DNA of 64,000 bases from Bacteroidales bacterium (GCA_035403165.1 DAONEP010000003.1:32888-96887); one strand, 5' to 3'. Shown: positions 1 to 9,845, counted from the stretch's first letter. A program made the numbers and translations. The notes: generated by a model from the sequence alone, not told the origin.

Positions 1-267
1 GGACTGAATTTCTTTTTCGATGCAACGGTAGATGTGCCGGTATTATGTACCATTGAATCAGATAACCTTGATACAACGCTCTTCGGAAAGAAGATTTTCG
101 CAATGAAGCAGCAGGAAATCGTCCAATTAATGCTGGATAACGGCTTTATGGATATGGAAGATGATGAGGAAACCTGGGGAGAACTGCGCGTTTCGTTCGA
201 CGACGCACAGACTGACTTTTACTTCCTGGAGGAGCAACTGACGCTGGTGAGCTGGAGCTGCTTCTGA
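1..267 (+). CDS. hypothetical protein, 3' fragment (ORF open to left window edge)
   Basis: Frame 1 is open from base 1 (GLNFFFDATVDVPVLC...) to TGA at 265-267. No family recognised. Confidence 0.35.
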   Translation, partial: GLNFFFDATVDVPVLCTIESDNLDTTLFGKKIFAMKQQEIVQLMLDNGFMDMEDDEETWGELRVSFDDAQTDFYFLEEQLTLVSWSCF

Positions 268-384
268 GAATAACCAGGATACTGCGCCTCCGCTTTTTTT
301 GGCCTGCCTTGTAATAACAGGGAAGTCCCGGATGTCTGGACGATAAAAATAATATTGTGGAACCAAAATATAAAAACCAATGTT

Positions 385-1035
385 ATGAAAAATCGTATGT
401 TCATCCTGATGCTGTTATCATCCCTGACAGCCTATGCACAATTCCCGGCTCCGACCGACTTTTCCTTCGGCTATAGCTATATCATGATTGACCAGGGAGG
501 GTATTGTGAAGGGAACTGGGTGTCGGGCCCTGCTTATTGTTCTGATTTTTCGTGGACGGCACCGGATACAACCTCAACAGAGGCTCATCTGGAATATTAT
601 AACCTTTATTATTATCAATATTACCCCAGTGGGATGAGTGATTCCACTATAATTCTGACTTCTTTGTCCAGTACCTTTGTGGAGCTGCAAGTTGGTATTT
701 TAGGGGCAATATGGGTAACTGCCGTCTATTCCGGTCCCGACGGCGAATCAGAGCCGTCGAATGTGATAATCAATGAAAGCCTCCCGATTTCGGTAGAAGA
801 GAATCCAAAGGCGGATGATATGATTGTGTTTTATGATAAGGTGAATCACGAATTAATCATAAGAGGTAAAAGTGATATTTCCGGAATCAGTTTAGTAGAT
901 GCCCGTGGCCGTAAAATTATGACCCATGCTTTGCAAAAGGATAGAATTAATCTTGAAGGCATTCCCGGAGGGGTTTATATTGTTGAAATGATTCTTGGGA
1001 ATCATGAAGTAATAAGAAAAAAAATTGTTAAATAA
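385..1035 (+). CDS. secreted protein with T9SS-type C-terminal sorting domain
   Basis: Signal peptide MKNRMFILMLLSSLTAYAQ from ATG 385; the track start at 355 is a TTG. The C-terminal ~75 aa (ELIIRGKSDISGISLVDARGRKI...GGVYIVEMILGNHEVIRKKIVK) looks like a Por/T9SS CTD. Confidence 0.6.
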   Translation: MKNRMFILMLLSSLTAYAQFPAPTDFSFGYSYIMIDQGGYCEGNWVSGPAYCSDFSWTAPDTTSTEAHLEYYNLYYYQYYPSGMSDSTIILTSLSSTFVELQVGILGAIWVTAVYSGPDGESEPSNVIINESLPISVEENPKADDMIVFYDKVNHELIIRGKSDISGISLVDARGRKIMTHALQKDRINLEGIPGGVYIVEMILGNHEVIRKKIVK

Positions 1036-1087
1036 CAGCCTTTTTTTACAACTTTGTTAAAGACCTATTCAGAAACTGCTTTTTACT

Positions 1088-1585
1088 ATGGACATAACTC
1101 CCATGCCTCCAACCACCGGTGCTTATTTTAAAGCGCAGAAAATCATGTTTTTTGCTCTTATTACCGGATTGGTTTTCTTTTTCATCGCGGCTCTGCTGCT
1201 GAGGCAGACCGGTTCGTTTCCCGATGACTTTCCATACAGGAACTGGTTACTTGTGTTTATCATCGTCTTTGCCCCGCTTTGTATTGCGGGTGGTGTTTTG
1301 ATATTCAACAGGCGGCTTACGGCAATTCGTGAGATGAGCAGCCTGGCAGAAAAACTCAGTGCATACAGGGAAGCCATAATTATCAGATATACAACAATGG
1401 AAGCGCCATCATTTTTTGCTATTATAGCATACCTTCTTACAGGTAGTATAATTTTCCCGGGGATAGGCCTTGCCCTTATTGCCTGGTTCTTTATGATGAA
1501 GCCTTCGATTGATAAAATTGCAGAAGACCTTGCGCTGAATCCTGAAGAGAAAATGAAACTGGAGAACCCGGATTCGGCTATCTGA
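1088..1585 (+). CDS. hypothetical integral membrane protein
   Basis: Four hydrophobic helices in the translation. No family recognised. Confidence 0.5.
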   Translation: MDITPMPPTTGAYFKAQKIMFFALITGLVFFFIAALLLRQTGSFPDDFPYRNWLLVFIIVFAPLCIAGGVLIFNRRLTAIREMSSLAEKLSAYREAIIIRYTTMEAPSFFAIIAYLLTGSIIFPGIGLALIAWFFMMKPSIDKIAEDLALNPEEKMKLENPDSAI

Positions 1586-1698
1586 CCGGATTGCGTGAAG
1601 GAATACGGAAAGCTGTTTCGGGATTGTTTAGCCCCTTCGGGGCAAAAATGTTTTCTGCATAGTGTAATGAAATTGATGCCCTTCGGGCATCCGGGGTA

Positions 1699-2442
1699 CT
1701 AACATACCAGGGTGCATTCTGTTCCCGCTTTCCTGCATGCCGCAGCAATTGCCTGGCCGGCGCTTCTGAAGTAATCGTCGGTCAGCTTGCTCTCCAGCCC
1801 GTATTTTCGGTAGATCCAGTCGGCATAATGGTAATTCATGCGGTCGGCGAGGAGATAGTCGACCTTTCCGGGGAGAATACCGGCCAGCGCCTCAGCGCCT
1901 GGCAGCATCGGGGCTATCATGGCATAAGTCCTGATACCGGAACGGTGCAGTTCTTCCAACGCCCTTAACCTTTCCGGAATTGGCGGCGCTGAAGGTTCAA
2001 ATATTTTTCTGATTTCATCGTCACCCGTTGTGATAGACAGGCCTGCTTCCAAATTTTCAAACCTTTTTAAAATATCCATATCTCTGAGAACCAGCGGTGA
2101 TCGTGTCTGGATTACAACCGGCCAACCGGTTTCGGCCAGTATTTCCAGGCATTGGCGCGTTAGTCCATATCGCTCTTCCAAAGGCTGATAGGGATCACAT
2201 AGACCGCTTACCCATACTTTCCCGCGTTTCTTCTTCCTGATTTCAGCTTTCAGAAGGTCGGCGGCGTTGACCCTTATGTCGACAAACTGTCCCCATGGTT
2301 CTTCATGTCCCGTGAACTTCTTTATAAAGCGGGCATAACAGTAAGAGCAGGCATGCTGGCATCCGACATACGGATTGATCACATAGTCGTATATTTTGGA
2401 TGCCGAGAGAATGGTTTTCGATTTTATATCCTTTACGATCAT
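1699..2442 (-). CDS. radical SAM protein (SplB/COG1533-like)
   Basis: CxxxCxxC cluster motif VGCQHACSYCYARF near the N-terminus. Length and layout resemble the SPL-family radical SAM enzymes. Confidence 0.75.
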   Translation of the reverse strand: MIVKDIKSKTILSASKIYDYVINPYVGCQHACSYCYARFIKKFTGHEEPWGQFVDIRVNAADLLKAEIRKKKRGKVWVSGLCDPYQPLEERYGLTRQCLEILAETGWPVVIQTRSPLVLRDMDILKRFENLEAGLSITTGDDEIRKIFEPSAPPIPERLRALEELHRSGIRTYAMIAPMLPGAEALAGILPGKVDYLLADRMNYHYADWIYRKYGLESKLTDDYFRSAGQAIAAACRKAGTECTLVC

Positions 2443-2626
2443 GTAACGGGTTTTATCGCTTGGGGTTCTCTGTTTTGCACGGAATCAGTGGATGGTCAGG
2501 GATGCAGAGATTGAGCATATTGGCAGCTTTGAGTAGCGGAGAGGGTTTTACGGATCAAATTTTCAGGTTTTCAGGCTCATTTATTAACGGGAAATAAAAT
2601 TTCCATAAACGGTTTTCACCAGACAG

Positions 2627-3562
2627 TTAATCTCCGGTTTCCGGGCTGTAGTGCTTTTGCATCCTCTTATAGAGGGGGTGGTGGCTAAGGATTTCCTCGC
2701 GCAGGTATTCCCGGTTCAGGTGGGTATAGATTTCGGTAGTGATGATGGATGCATGTCCCAGCATTTCCTGAACAGCCCGCAGGTCGGCGCCGCCTTCTAC
2801 CAGGTGTGTGGCAAAGGAATGCCGCAAGGTGTGCGGACTGACATTCTTCCTGATACCTGCCATTTCGACCAGCTCCTTTATGATGGTGAAAACCATTACC
2901 CGAGTCAGTTTTGCCCCCCGGTTGTTGAGGAACAGATGGTCTTCGAAGCCTTTTCTGATCGTCTGATGGACCCGGCATGTCTGTAAATACAGCGTGATTT
3001 GGTCAAGGGCTTTCTTTCCGATGGGTACAAGCCTTTCCTTATCTCCTTTGCCGGTAACGCGGATATACCCTTCGTTGAAATAGATATTACTGATCTTCAG
3101 GTTGATGAGTTCGGAGACGCGCAAACCGCAACCATACAGCGTTTCGATGATGGCGCGGTTGCGTTCACCCTGGGGCTTCGACCGGTCGATGGCATCGATG
3201 ATCTTTTCAATATCCTTTACTGAAAGCACATCCGGCAGTTTGCGGGCGATTTTCGGCAAATCGAGCAGTTCCGTAGGATTTTGATCGGAAAGATTTTCAA
3301 GCAGAAGGTATTTATAGAATGCCCGCAGTCCAGAAATGATGCGCATTTGCGAACGGGCGTTCATGTTGTTTACGTTCAGCCATTTGACAAAATCCTGCAA
3401 TTCGTCAATCGTGATGGCGGAGGGGTTTTTAGAAATGCCGGAATCTTCAAGGTAAACCGTGAATTTGTCGATATCATGAAGGTAGGCTTCCACCGAATTC
3501 GGCGAGAGCGATTTTTCAAGCTTCAGGAAAGCAGCAAATCCGTTTTTAAATGAGTCCCACAT
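2627..3562 (-). CDS. xerD: site-specific tyrosine recombinase XerD
   Basis: Phage-integrase fold with the catalytic region HTLRHSFATHLVEGGADLRAVQEMLGHASIITTEIYTHL. N-terminal SAM-like domain. 311 aa. Confidence 0.85.
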   Translation of the reverse strand: MWDSFKNGFAAFLKLEKSLSPNSVEAYLHDIDKFTVYLEDSGISKNPSAITIDELQDFVKWLNVNNMNARSQMRIISGLRAFYKYLLLENLSDQNPTELLDLPKIARKLPDVLSVKDIEKIIDAIDRSKPQGERNRAIIETLYGCGLRVSELINLKISNIYFNEGYIRVTGKGDKERLVPIGKKALDQITLYLQTCRVHQTIRKGFEDHLFLNNRGAKLTRVMVFTIIKELVEMAGIRKNVSPHTLRHSFATHLVEGGADLRAVQEMLGHASIITTEIYTHLNREYLREEILSHHPLYKRMQKHYSPETGD

Positions 3563-3580
3563 AATGGGCTCAAAGGTAGG

Positions 3581-5119
3581 TTATTGCCGGATAAGTTTCC
3601 CCGTTATAATGTCTCCGGATTTTGGGATCCATCGGAAATAGTAACAGCCCGGTGCGATTTTATAAATATTGAGGATTTCGGTTTGACTTTGTTGCCGCTG
3701 TTCCAAAATGACCCTGCCTGTGTTATCAATAAGCTGAAAAACAGCAGGTAATTGATTTGTTGCAGGTGCAGCAATCGTCAAATAGTCATTTGCAGGATTA
3801 GGGAATAGTTTAATGCTCAAATCATCTCTGCGTTCTTTCATTCCGACCTCCATTAAGGAATCACAGGCAAGCGGAGAACCCCAGATGACATCTCCTTTTT
3901 TGAAATATTTCAGGTCACGGTATTCTTTGCCCCAATATGTCGGATCGTCACAATGATAATAGGGACCGCCAAGACCTTTAAAGTATAAGGTTTGATAATT
4001 GCAAAATCCATCAAAAGTAACAGGCCATAGGCAACCATTTCCATCATCCGACCACATCATCAGATAATCAAAAGCCTTGTAAGGAATACCTTCAGGGCAG
4101 TATTGTGAATTACCTGACATTCCGGTAAAAGGATATGTCCACCAGCCAGATTCAGGTATCATCACAGGTTCCAGCGGTTCCGTATCGAATTGAGGTGTAT
4201 AAGAGGGCGAAACTGTCTGATCAAGAGTATCTTTTAAATAAGAGTAATCTTCTACTCCATTATTGTTTTTATGGTAGGTTAGGGAACAATATTCAAACGT
4301 GTAAAGGACAGAGTCACCAGAAGGATAATCATAACGGCTGAGGTAGCGTGAAACAATGGCTGTTGAATATGTATATGTCCCGCCATAATTGTAATTCTCG
4401 GAATATCCTGCTACATGTAATTCATCACCCGGCTGAAAGTCAAATATATCCAATGTTTTAGGAACCTGGTAGCCGGCGTTGGGATTAGTTTTTCCGATAA
4501 AAGAGTAAAACTTAGGGGAGTAGCTTAATTCATCGAACTTCGGCAACCTGAGCAAACCATAATTCATTCCCAGCATGAGGGACTCCCCGTTTATCGGGTT
4601 TGCAACAATCTGACCTGAAGTATCTTTGCAGTTTAACACGATCACTTTGACATAATCGGCCAGTTCGGGGAAATCAACCAGTTCAATATGATCTACTGTT
4701 GCTTCAATATATTGCAGGCCATTATGATAATTGTAAAAACGCCATGATTCTCCGATTCCAGCCTGGGAATAAATTGTGTAAACATCATTTGAGTCGGAAG
4801 GGGAGAACGGATAAAAAATAAACTGAGTTTTGCCATCCGGATATTCAATTATTTCGTCTCCAAGCCAGGACGCACCGTTTGTAGTCCAGCAACCGTAATC
4901 TGTTTGCCTGATCTGCCTCATGGCAAAGTAACTGGTTTCAGTACCGGAAATAGCCACAGAATCAATTCTCGCTGAAATAATCTGCATGGATGTTGAATCG
5001 TAATAATAATACGTTGCATCCGTTTTCACAGCTTGGTAATACTGGGCTGAAGTATTTAAGGAGAAGAAGAAAAAACAGAAGAGAGCGGCATTAGCTGCAA
5101 AATAAATTCTTATTTTCAT
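3581..5119 (-). CDS. hypothetical secreted protein with T9SS C-terminal sorting domain
   Basis: Signal peptide ending NTSAQ. C-terminus reads IKLFPNPANDYLTIAAP...GCYYFRWIPKSGDIITGKLIRQ. Confidence 0.65.
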   Translation of the reverse strand: MKIRIYFAANAALFCFFFFSLNTSAQYYQAVKTDATYYYYDSTSMQIISARIDSVAISGTETSYFAMRQIRQTDYGCWTTNGASWLGDEIIEYPDGKTQFIFYPFSPSDSNDVYTIYSQAGIGESWRFYNYHNGLQYIEATVDHIELVDFPELADYVKVIVLNCKDTSGQIVANPINGESLMLGMNYGLLRLPKFDELSYSPKFYSFIGKTNPNAGYQVPKTLDIFDFQPGDELHVAGYSENYNYGGTYTYSTAIVSRYLSRYDYPSGDSVLYTFEYCSLTYHKNNNGVEDYSYLKDTLDQTVSPSYTPQFDTEPLEPVMIPESGWWTYPFTGMSGNSQYCPEGIPYKAFDYLMMWSDDGNGCLWPVTFDGFCNYQTLYFKGLGGPYYHCDDPTYWGKEYRDLKYFKKGDVIWGSPLACDSLMEVGMKERRDDLSIKLFPNPANDYLTIAAPATNQLPAVFQLIDNTGRVILEQRQQSQTEILNIYKIAPGCYYFRWIPKSGDIITGKLIRQ

Positions 5120-5240
5120 GGCCTAAAAATTAAATATTAATTTGAAAAGAAATTCAAAGATAGTCAAAAGCCAAAATAATTATTCTGCAAAGCCCGAATT
5201 TTTATTTTTCATGAAGTTAGATTTATTCAAAAGAAATTTC

Positions 5241-5248
5241 TAATTTTG
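5241..5248 (+). promoter_or_regulatory. Bacteroidota -7 promoter box TAATTTTG upstream of rpmG
   Basis: Exact match to TAnnTTTG, 31 nt before the rpmG ATG. Confidence 0.45.
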
Positions 5249-5278
5249 CACCCCTGAAAATAAAAAAGCTGACGACCA

Positions 5279-5467
5279 ATGGCTAAGAAAAGCAAAGAAG
5301 CGCGCGTACAGGTCATTCTTGAATGTACCGAGCACAAAACCAGCGGAATGCCGGGCACTTCGCGTTATATTACCGTGAAGAACAAGAAAAATACCCCCGA
5401 GCGTCTTGAACTCAAGAAATACAATCCGATCCTCAAAAAAGTTACCGTTCACCGCGAAATTAAATAA
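5279..5467 (+). CDS. rpmG: 50S ribosomal protein L33
   Basis: 62 aa, [20 protein letters not shown]...[21 protein letters not shown]. Typical L33 sequence. Confidence 0.95.
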   Translation: MAKKSKEARVQVILECTEHKTSGMPGTSRYITVKNKKNTPERLELKKYNPILKKVTVHREIK

Positions 5468-5475
5468 TTGATACC

Positions 5476-5631
5476 ATGGCAAAGAAAGTTGTTGCAACCC
5501 TTCGTACCTCTTCCGGTAAGGACTTCGCAAAGGTGATCCGGATGGTAAGATCGCCCAAAACCGGCGCTTACACGTTTAAAGAAACCATCGTAGCCAACGA
5601 ACTTGTTAAAGATTTCCTGGCAAAGAAATAA
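5476..5631 (+). CDS. DUF4295 family small protein (not in the supplied ORF track, 51 aa)
   Basis: ATG at 5476, TAA at 5629-5631. Translates to MAKKVVATLRTSSGKDFAKVIRMVRSPKTGAYTFKETIVANELVKDFLAKK. Sits directly after rpmG, as is usual in Bacteroidota. Confidence 0.8.
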   Translation: MAKKVVATLRTSSGKDFAKVIRMVRSPKTGAYTFKETIVANELVKDFLAKK

Positions 5632-5654
5632 TCGTGGATTTCACGGTTCCGGCG

Positions 5655-5685
5655 AAGCTTTTTCCTTTGGGAGAAAGCTTTTTCC
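5655..5685 (+). terminator. putative rho-independent terminator after rpmG/DUF4295
   Basis: Arms aagctttttcc / ggagaaagctt (one mismatch) followed by a T-run. Confidence 0.5.
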
Positions 5686-5796
5686 GTTTCTGAAGGATTA
5701 TTTACTTTTACATCCTTTAATCATCGATCAACAACCTGCTGAATAGTATTCTTTTCCTCATCAGCAGGATCGTTTCAATGAAACCAATTCCTGAAT

Positions 5797-6747
5797 ATGG
5801 GCATATTTTCGTTTTTTACCCGGGAAAACAAGGAAACGCTGAACAAGGGCCTTGAAAAAACCCGGACCAGCGTGTTCTCACGACTTTCGAAAGCACTTGT
5901 CGGAAAATCCAAAGTTGATGATGAGGTGCTTGATAACCTGGAGGAAATCCTGGTTACTTCAGATGTAGGTGTAGAAACCACCCTGAAGATCATCGACAGG
6001 ATACAGCAGCGCGTTTCTCACGATAAATACCTTGGCACCGATGAATTGAACAGCATCCTGCGCCAGGAAATAGCAGCCTTGCTGGCCGAAAATGATAACA
6101 ATAACTTCGAGGGTTTTGATTTTCCCAAGCGTGAAACTCCTTTTGTGATCCTGGTTGTGGGAGTGAACGGTGTAGGAAAGACTACCACCATTGGTAAACT
6201 GGCGTATAATTTTCGCAAAGCAGGCAAATCGGTGCTGCTGGGAGCTGCCGATACTTTCAGGGCTGCCGCTGTTGACCAACTCGCCATTTGGGGCGAAAGA
6301 GCCGGCGTGCCCGTCATTAAGCAGGCAATGGGCGCCGATCCTGCCGCTGTCGCTTTCGATACCGTAAAAGCCGCCGTGAACCGTAACAGCGATGTAGTGA
6401 TCATTGATACCGCCGGACGGCTTCATAATAAAATCGGGCTGATGAACGAACTCGGGAAAATACGCAGCGTAATGCAGAAAGTGTTGCCCGATGCCCCGCA
6501 CGAAGTGTTGCTCGTCCTCGATGCTTCGACCGGGCAAAACGCCATCGAACAGGCAAAACAGTTTACAGCCGTCACTGATGTTTCGGCGCTGGCCCTCACC
6601 AAACTCGACGGCACAGCTAAAGGTGGCGTCGTAATCGGCATCAGCGACCAGTTCAAAATTCCGGTCCGCTATATCGGGCTTGGTGAGAAGATGGAAGACC
6701 TGCAGGTTTTCAATAAAGACGAATTCGTTGATTCGCTGTTCGCATAA
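5797..6747 (+). CDS. ftsY: signal recognition particle receptor FtsY
   Basis: SRP54-type GTPase with GVNGVGKTTTIGKLA (G1), DTAGR and TKLDG motifs. 316 aa. Confidence 0.95.
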   Translation: MGIFSFFTRENKETLNKGLEKTRTSVFSRLSKALVGKSKVDDEVLDNLEEILVTSDVGVETTLKIIDRIQQRVSHDKYLGTDELNSILRQEIAALLAENDNNNFEGFDFPKRETPFVILVVGVNGVGKTTTIGKLAYNFRKAGKSVLLGAADTFRAAAVDQLAIWGERAGVPVIKQAMGADPAAVAFDTVKAAVNRNSDVVIIDTAGRLHNKIGLMNELGKIRSVMQKVLPDAPHEVLLVLDASTGQNAIEQAKQFTAVTDVSALALTKLDGTAKGGVVIGISDQFKIPVRYIGLGEKMEDLQVFNKDEFVDSLFA

Positions 6748-6853
6748 GATTTTAACAGGCAACCAAAACCGGAGCCTTGTGGCTGTCAAATGAAGACCGG
6801 CAACATCCGGTTCCCGGTTCAACCTTTAAACATTCATAATCTTTTCTCCCCCT

Positions 6854-8152
6854 ATGAAACCGCACACTATCCGCGTTGTAACCCTGGGCTGTGCTAAAAA
6901 TACCGTCGACAGCGAAAAACTGATGGCCCAACTGAATGCGAATAACATCCGCGTGATTGCCGACGGCGACAAGGGGCGAGCCGATACGGTGATCATCAAC
7001 ACCTGCGGGTTCATCAACGATGCCAAAGAAGAATCGGTGGATACCATCCTGGAATTTATTGAAGCCAAAAAACAGGGTAAGATTAAGGATGTATTCGTGA
7101 TGGGATGCCTGTCGGAGAGGTTTAAAGGCCCATTGCAGGCTGAAATCCCTGAAGTGGACGAATATTTCGGCGTCAACGATCTTGGATCGGTAGTCAGGAG
7201 GGTAGGCGCCGAGTACCGCCGAACGTTGCTGGGCGAGCGTCTGCTTACCACGCCTAAGCATTATGCCTATTTGAAAATAGCCGAAGGCTGTAACCGCCGT
7301 TGTTCTTTCTGCGCCATTCCAAACATACGGGGGCGGCATATTTCACGTCCCATTCCTGAAATCCTTGAAGAAGCAAGACTGCTGGCAGCCAAAGGTGTTA
7401 AAGAGTTACTGCTCATTTCACAGGACCTGACCTACTATGGCATCGATACTCACCAGAAGCAATTGTTGCCCGAACTGGTAGAACAACTTTCCGACCTGAA
7501 ACTATTCTCTTGGATCAGGCTCCATTATCTTTTCCCCGCAACTTTTCCTGACCGGCTTCTGGAAGTAATCGCTTCACGTCCCGATGTTTGCAATTACATT
7601 GACATTCCTCTGCAGCACATAGAAAGCCACTTGTTATCCTCCATGCGGAGGGGGGTGACGCGCGAAGAAACCATTGCCCTGATTAAAAAATTCCGGAAGG
7701 CTTTGCCGAATGCCGCTATACGGACGGCTTTCATCGTGGGATATCCCGGTGAAACCGAAGAAGATTTTGCCGAATTGAAAGATTTTCTCATTTATTCGGA
7801 GTTCGACAGGGTAGGGGTGTTTACCTATTCGCATGAAGAAGATACGCATGCATTCGGCCTGAAGGATGACGTTCCTGAAGAAGTGAAACAGCAGCGGGCA
7901 TCGGAAATTATGGAGATGCAGCAGGAAATTTCTATGCATAAGAACCATCTGAAGATCGGTAAAACGTTTAAAGTACTGATCGACAGGCTTGAAGGAGAGT
8001 TTTATGTCGGCCGTACCGAATTTGATTCCCCGGAGGTTGATAATGAAGTATTAATTGAAGTTGGAAATAAGATAAAAATCGGCGAATTTTACAATGTCAA
8101 AATCAAACAGGCCGACGAATTTGACCTGTACGGTGAAATTGCAGACTTTTAA
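6854..8152 (+). CDS. rimO: ribosomal protein S12 methylthiotransferase RimO
   Basis: MTTase N-terminal domain (VVTLGCAKNTVDSE), radical SAM motif CNRRCSFCAIP and a C-terminal TRAM domain. 432 aa. Confidence 0.88.
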   Translation: MKPHTIRVVTLGCAKNTVDSEKLMAQLNANNIRVIADGDKGRADTVIINTCGFINDAKEESVDTILEFIEAKKQGKIKDVFVMGCLSERFKGPLQAEIPEVDEYFGVNDLGSVVRRVGAEYRRTLLGERLLTTPKHYAYLKIAEGCNRRCSFCAIPNIRGRHISRPIPEILEEARLLAAKGVKELLLISQDLTYYGIDTHQKQLLPELVEQLSDLKLFSWIRLHYLFPATFPDRLLEVIASRPDVCNYIDIPLQHIESHLLSSMRRGVTREETIALIKKFRKALPNAAIRTAFIVGYPGETEEDFAELKDFLIYSEFDRVGVFTYSHEEDTHAFGLKDDVPEEVKQQRASEIMEMQQEISMHKNHLKIGKTFKVLIDRLEGEFYVGRTEFDSPEVDNEVLIEVGNKIKIGEFYNVKIKQADEFDLYGEIADF

Positions 8153-8164
8153 AACTCTATTGTC

Positions 8165-9001
8165 ATGAAAATTAATTGCTTAGTAATTGCATTACTGCTT
8201 CTGACCGCCAATATGGTTTTTTCCCAGACGGAAACCGGCTCAAACAATAAAACCGACGCATCCGGATTGAAACAAGGTACCTGGGAAGAAAATACAACGA
8301 CAGGGGTGGAAAAAGGTACATACCTAAACGGCAAAAAGGAGGGAACCTGGGTGTCGTATACCAATAAGGGTAACCTGGCAAAACTGGAATCTTTTAAAAA
8401 CGGCCTTCACGAAGGAATATCCGTTGAAATTGACCAGCGTGGCTACCTGCTCAGCGAGACGTATTATGAAAACGACCTCATCGAAGGCGTCGCAAAACGT
8501 TATTACTACGGATCAAATCCGGCATCGGTGATCACATATCACAAAGGCCTGAAAAATGGTCCTTATAAAGTGTACTACGAAAATTCGGCCGGAAAAATCA
8601 TGGAAGAATCGAATTATGTAAATGACATCAAGGATGGCATGTCGAAGTGGTACACGATCAAGGGTGATCTGATAGCAGAATACAATTATGTGATGAACTC
8701 GCTCGAAGGCGTTCAGAAGAGTTACAGCGAAGGCAATAAGCTTCTCAGTGAACAGACGTATAAAAACAACCTGGAAAATGGTCCCTATCGTGAATTTTTT
8801 GCCAGTGGAAAAGTAAAAATGGAAGGCTCCTGTACCGACGGTAAAAAGACCGGCGTTTGGAAGGAATACACCGAGGATGGCAAATTGTTTTCGGAAGGAT
8901 CGTATGTGAACGACCTGAAAGACGGAAAATGGGTTGAATACGATGCTAACGGTAAAACCTCGAAAGTGACGAAATTCGTGAAGGGAGAAATTGTAAAATA
9001 A
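8165..9001 (+). CDS. MORN-variant repeat protein (YwqK-like)
   Basis: Signal peptide followed by about 10 tandem G(x)W/Y..Y..NG.L....Y.N....G repeats. Confidence 0.7.
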   Translation: MKINCLVIALLLLTANMVFSQTETGSNNKTDASGLKQGTWEENTTTGVEKGTYLNGKKEGTWVSYTNKGNLAKLESFKNGLHEGISVEIDQRGYLLSETYYENDLIEGVAKRYYYGSNPASVITYHKGLKNGPYKVYYENSAGKIMEESNYVNDIKDGMSKWYTIKGDLIAEYNYVMNSLEGVQKSYSEGNKLLSEQTYKNNLENGPYREFFASGKVKMEGSCTDGKKTGVWKEYTEDGKLFSEGSYVNDLKDGKWVEYDANGKTSKVTKFVKGEIVK

Positions 9002-9023
9002 ATTTTCTCCTCTTGTTATACCC

Positions 9024-9064
9024 ATCACAAAATTCTGTTATAACAGCGTTTTGTGATTTTTTTT
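9024..9064 (+). terminator. rho-independent terminator
   Basis: Long hairpin atcacaaaa...ctgttataacag...ttttgtgat followed by T8. Confidence 0.65.
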
Positions 9065-9095
9065 GTACTAATTCAACAAATCTGATTTCCGCAAC

Positions 9096-9581
9096 ATGAA
9101 AGTTTCGTTAAATAATCCGTTTAAAGGAAGGGAAGGGTATAATTGTTTCGGATGCTCTCCCGATAATGCGATGGGTTTGCAAATGCATTTTGAGATGCAT
9201 GGCGAAGACGTGCATTGTGAATGGCAGCCTAAACAGCACTTTGAAGGGTGGCACAACGTCCTGCATGGCGGAATTCAAACCACGCTGATGGATGAAATCG
9301 CCAGTTGGTGGGTATTTGTCAATATGAAAACGACCGGGGTAACCTCCAGTATGGAAGTGAAATTTAAAAAACCGGTTTATACCGATAAGGGACCAATAAC
9401 GCTGATAGCAAAAAAGCATGAAGTCAGCCGCAACATTGCCGTAATCTTTGTGCAAATATTGGATTCCGGAAGAACCTGTTGCGCCGAATCATATATACAT
9501 TATTTTACATACAATGAGCAGACGGCGCGTGAAAGATTTAATTATCCGGGGTTTGGAGAGTTTGTGAAAGAGACTGACTGA
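9096..9581 (+). CDS. PaaI-family hotdog-fold thioesterase
   Basis: 161 aa. HGG..TTLMDE-type hotdog core (VLHGGIQTTLMDEIASW). Confidence 0.65.
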   Translation: MKVSLNNPFKGREGYNCFGCSPDNAMGLQMHFEMHGEDVHCEWQPKQHFEGWHNVLHGGIQTTLMDEIASWWVFVNMKTTGVTSSMEVKFKKPVYTDKGPITLIAKKHEVSRNIAVIFVQILDSGRTCCAESYIHYFTYNEQTARERFNYPGFGEFVKETD

Positions 9582-9833
9582 AAGGGTAGGTGTACACAGA
9601 ACCGGCCGGAATCTGACTGCCGAAGGTAAAAGGTTGCCTGCGACAGGCGTGGTTGTGTACCAGTCTGAAGATTAACTGAAAATGACAGGCAGTTAAAACT
9701 ATTTTAATAGCACCTGACGGGTTAATGTCTGGCGTGACGCAGCGTAACATTCTTATTTCTAATTTATTAACCATTTTATTCTTTCTGTTGAAAACTAAGA
9801 AACAAAATTCGGGCGAACTTTGATTAAACATCC

Positions 9834-9841
9834 TACATTTG
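9834..9841 (+). promoter_or_regulatory. -7 promoter box TACATTTG upstream of the cobalamin riboswitch
   Basis: Exact TAnnTTTG match a few nt before the riboswitch. Confidence 0.4.
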
Positions 9842-9845
9842 CACC

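Noticed and set aside
355-384. TTG-initiated N-terminal extensions in the ORF track (355, 10104, 13133, 54245, 60050)
   Set aside because: In each case a downstream ATG immediately precedes a canonical signal peptide or conserved N-terminus, and in several a -7 promoter box overlaps the proposed TTG. The shorter ORFs were used.
1631-1691. Two GC hairpins with TTCG loops (gcccc-ttcg-gggc and gatgcc-cttc-gggcatc) as a bidirectional terminator
   Set aside because: The stems are short (4-7 bp) and lack a proper T-run on the relevant strands. Plausible, but too weak to report as a feature.
2627-3562. Tyrosine recombinase as a marker of an integrative mobile element
   Set aside because: The sequence and length fit housekeeping XerD. 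The flanking genes are ordinary (a radical SAM enzyme and a T9SS cargo). I saw no excisionase, att repeats or tRNA junction.
5959-6822. 287-aa ORF antisense to ftsY. Similar long antisense or alternate-frame ORFs occur at 6752-7339, 8513-9028, 15304-16008 and 55947-56588.
   Set aside because: Each lies fully inside a confidently identified gene (ftsY, rimO, the MORN protein, the Omp28-like gene, rluD) on the other strand. The translations have no recognisable motifs and skewed composition. They are typical shadow ORFs.
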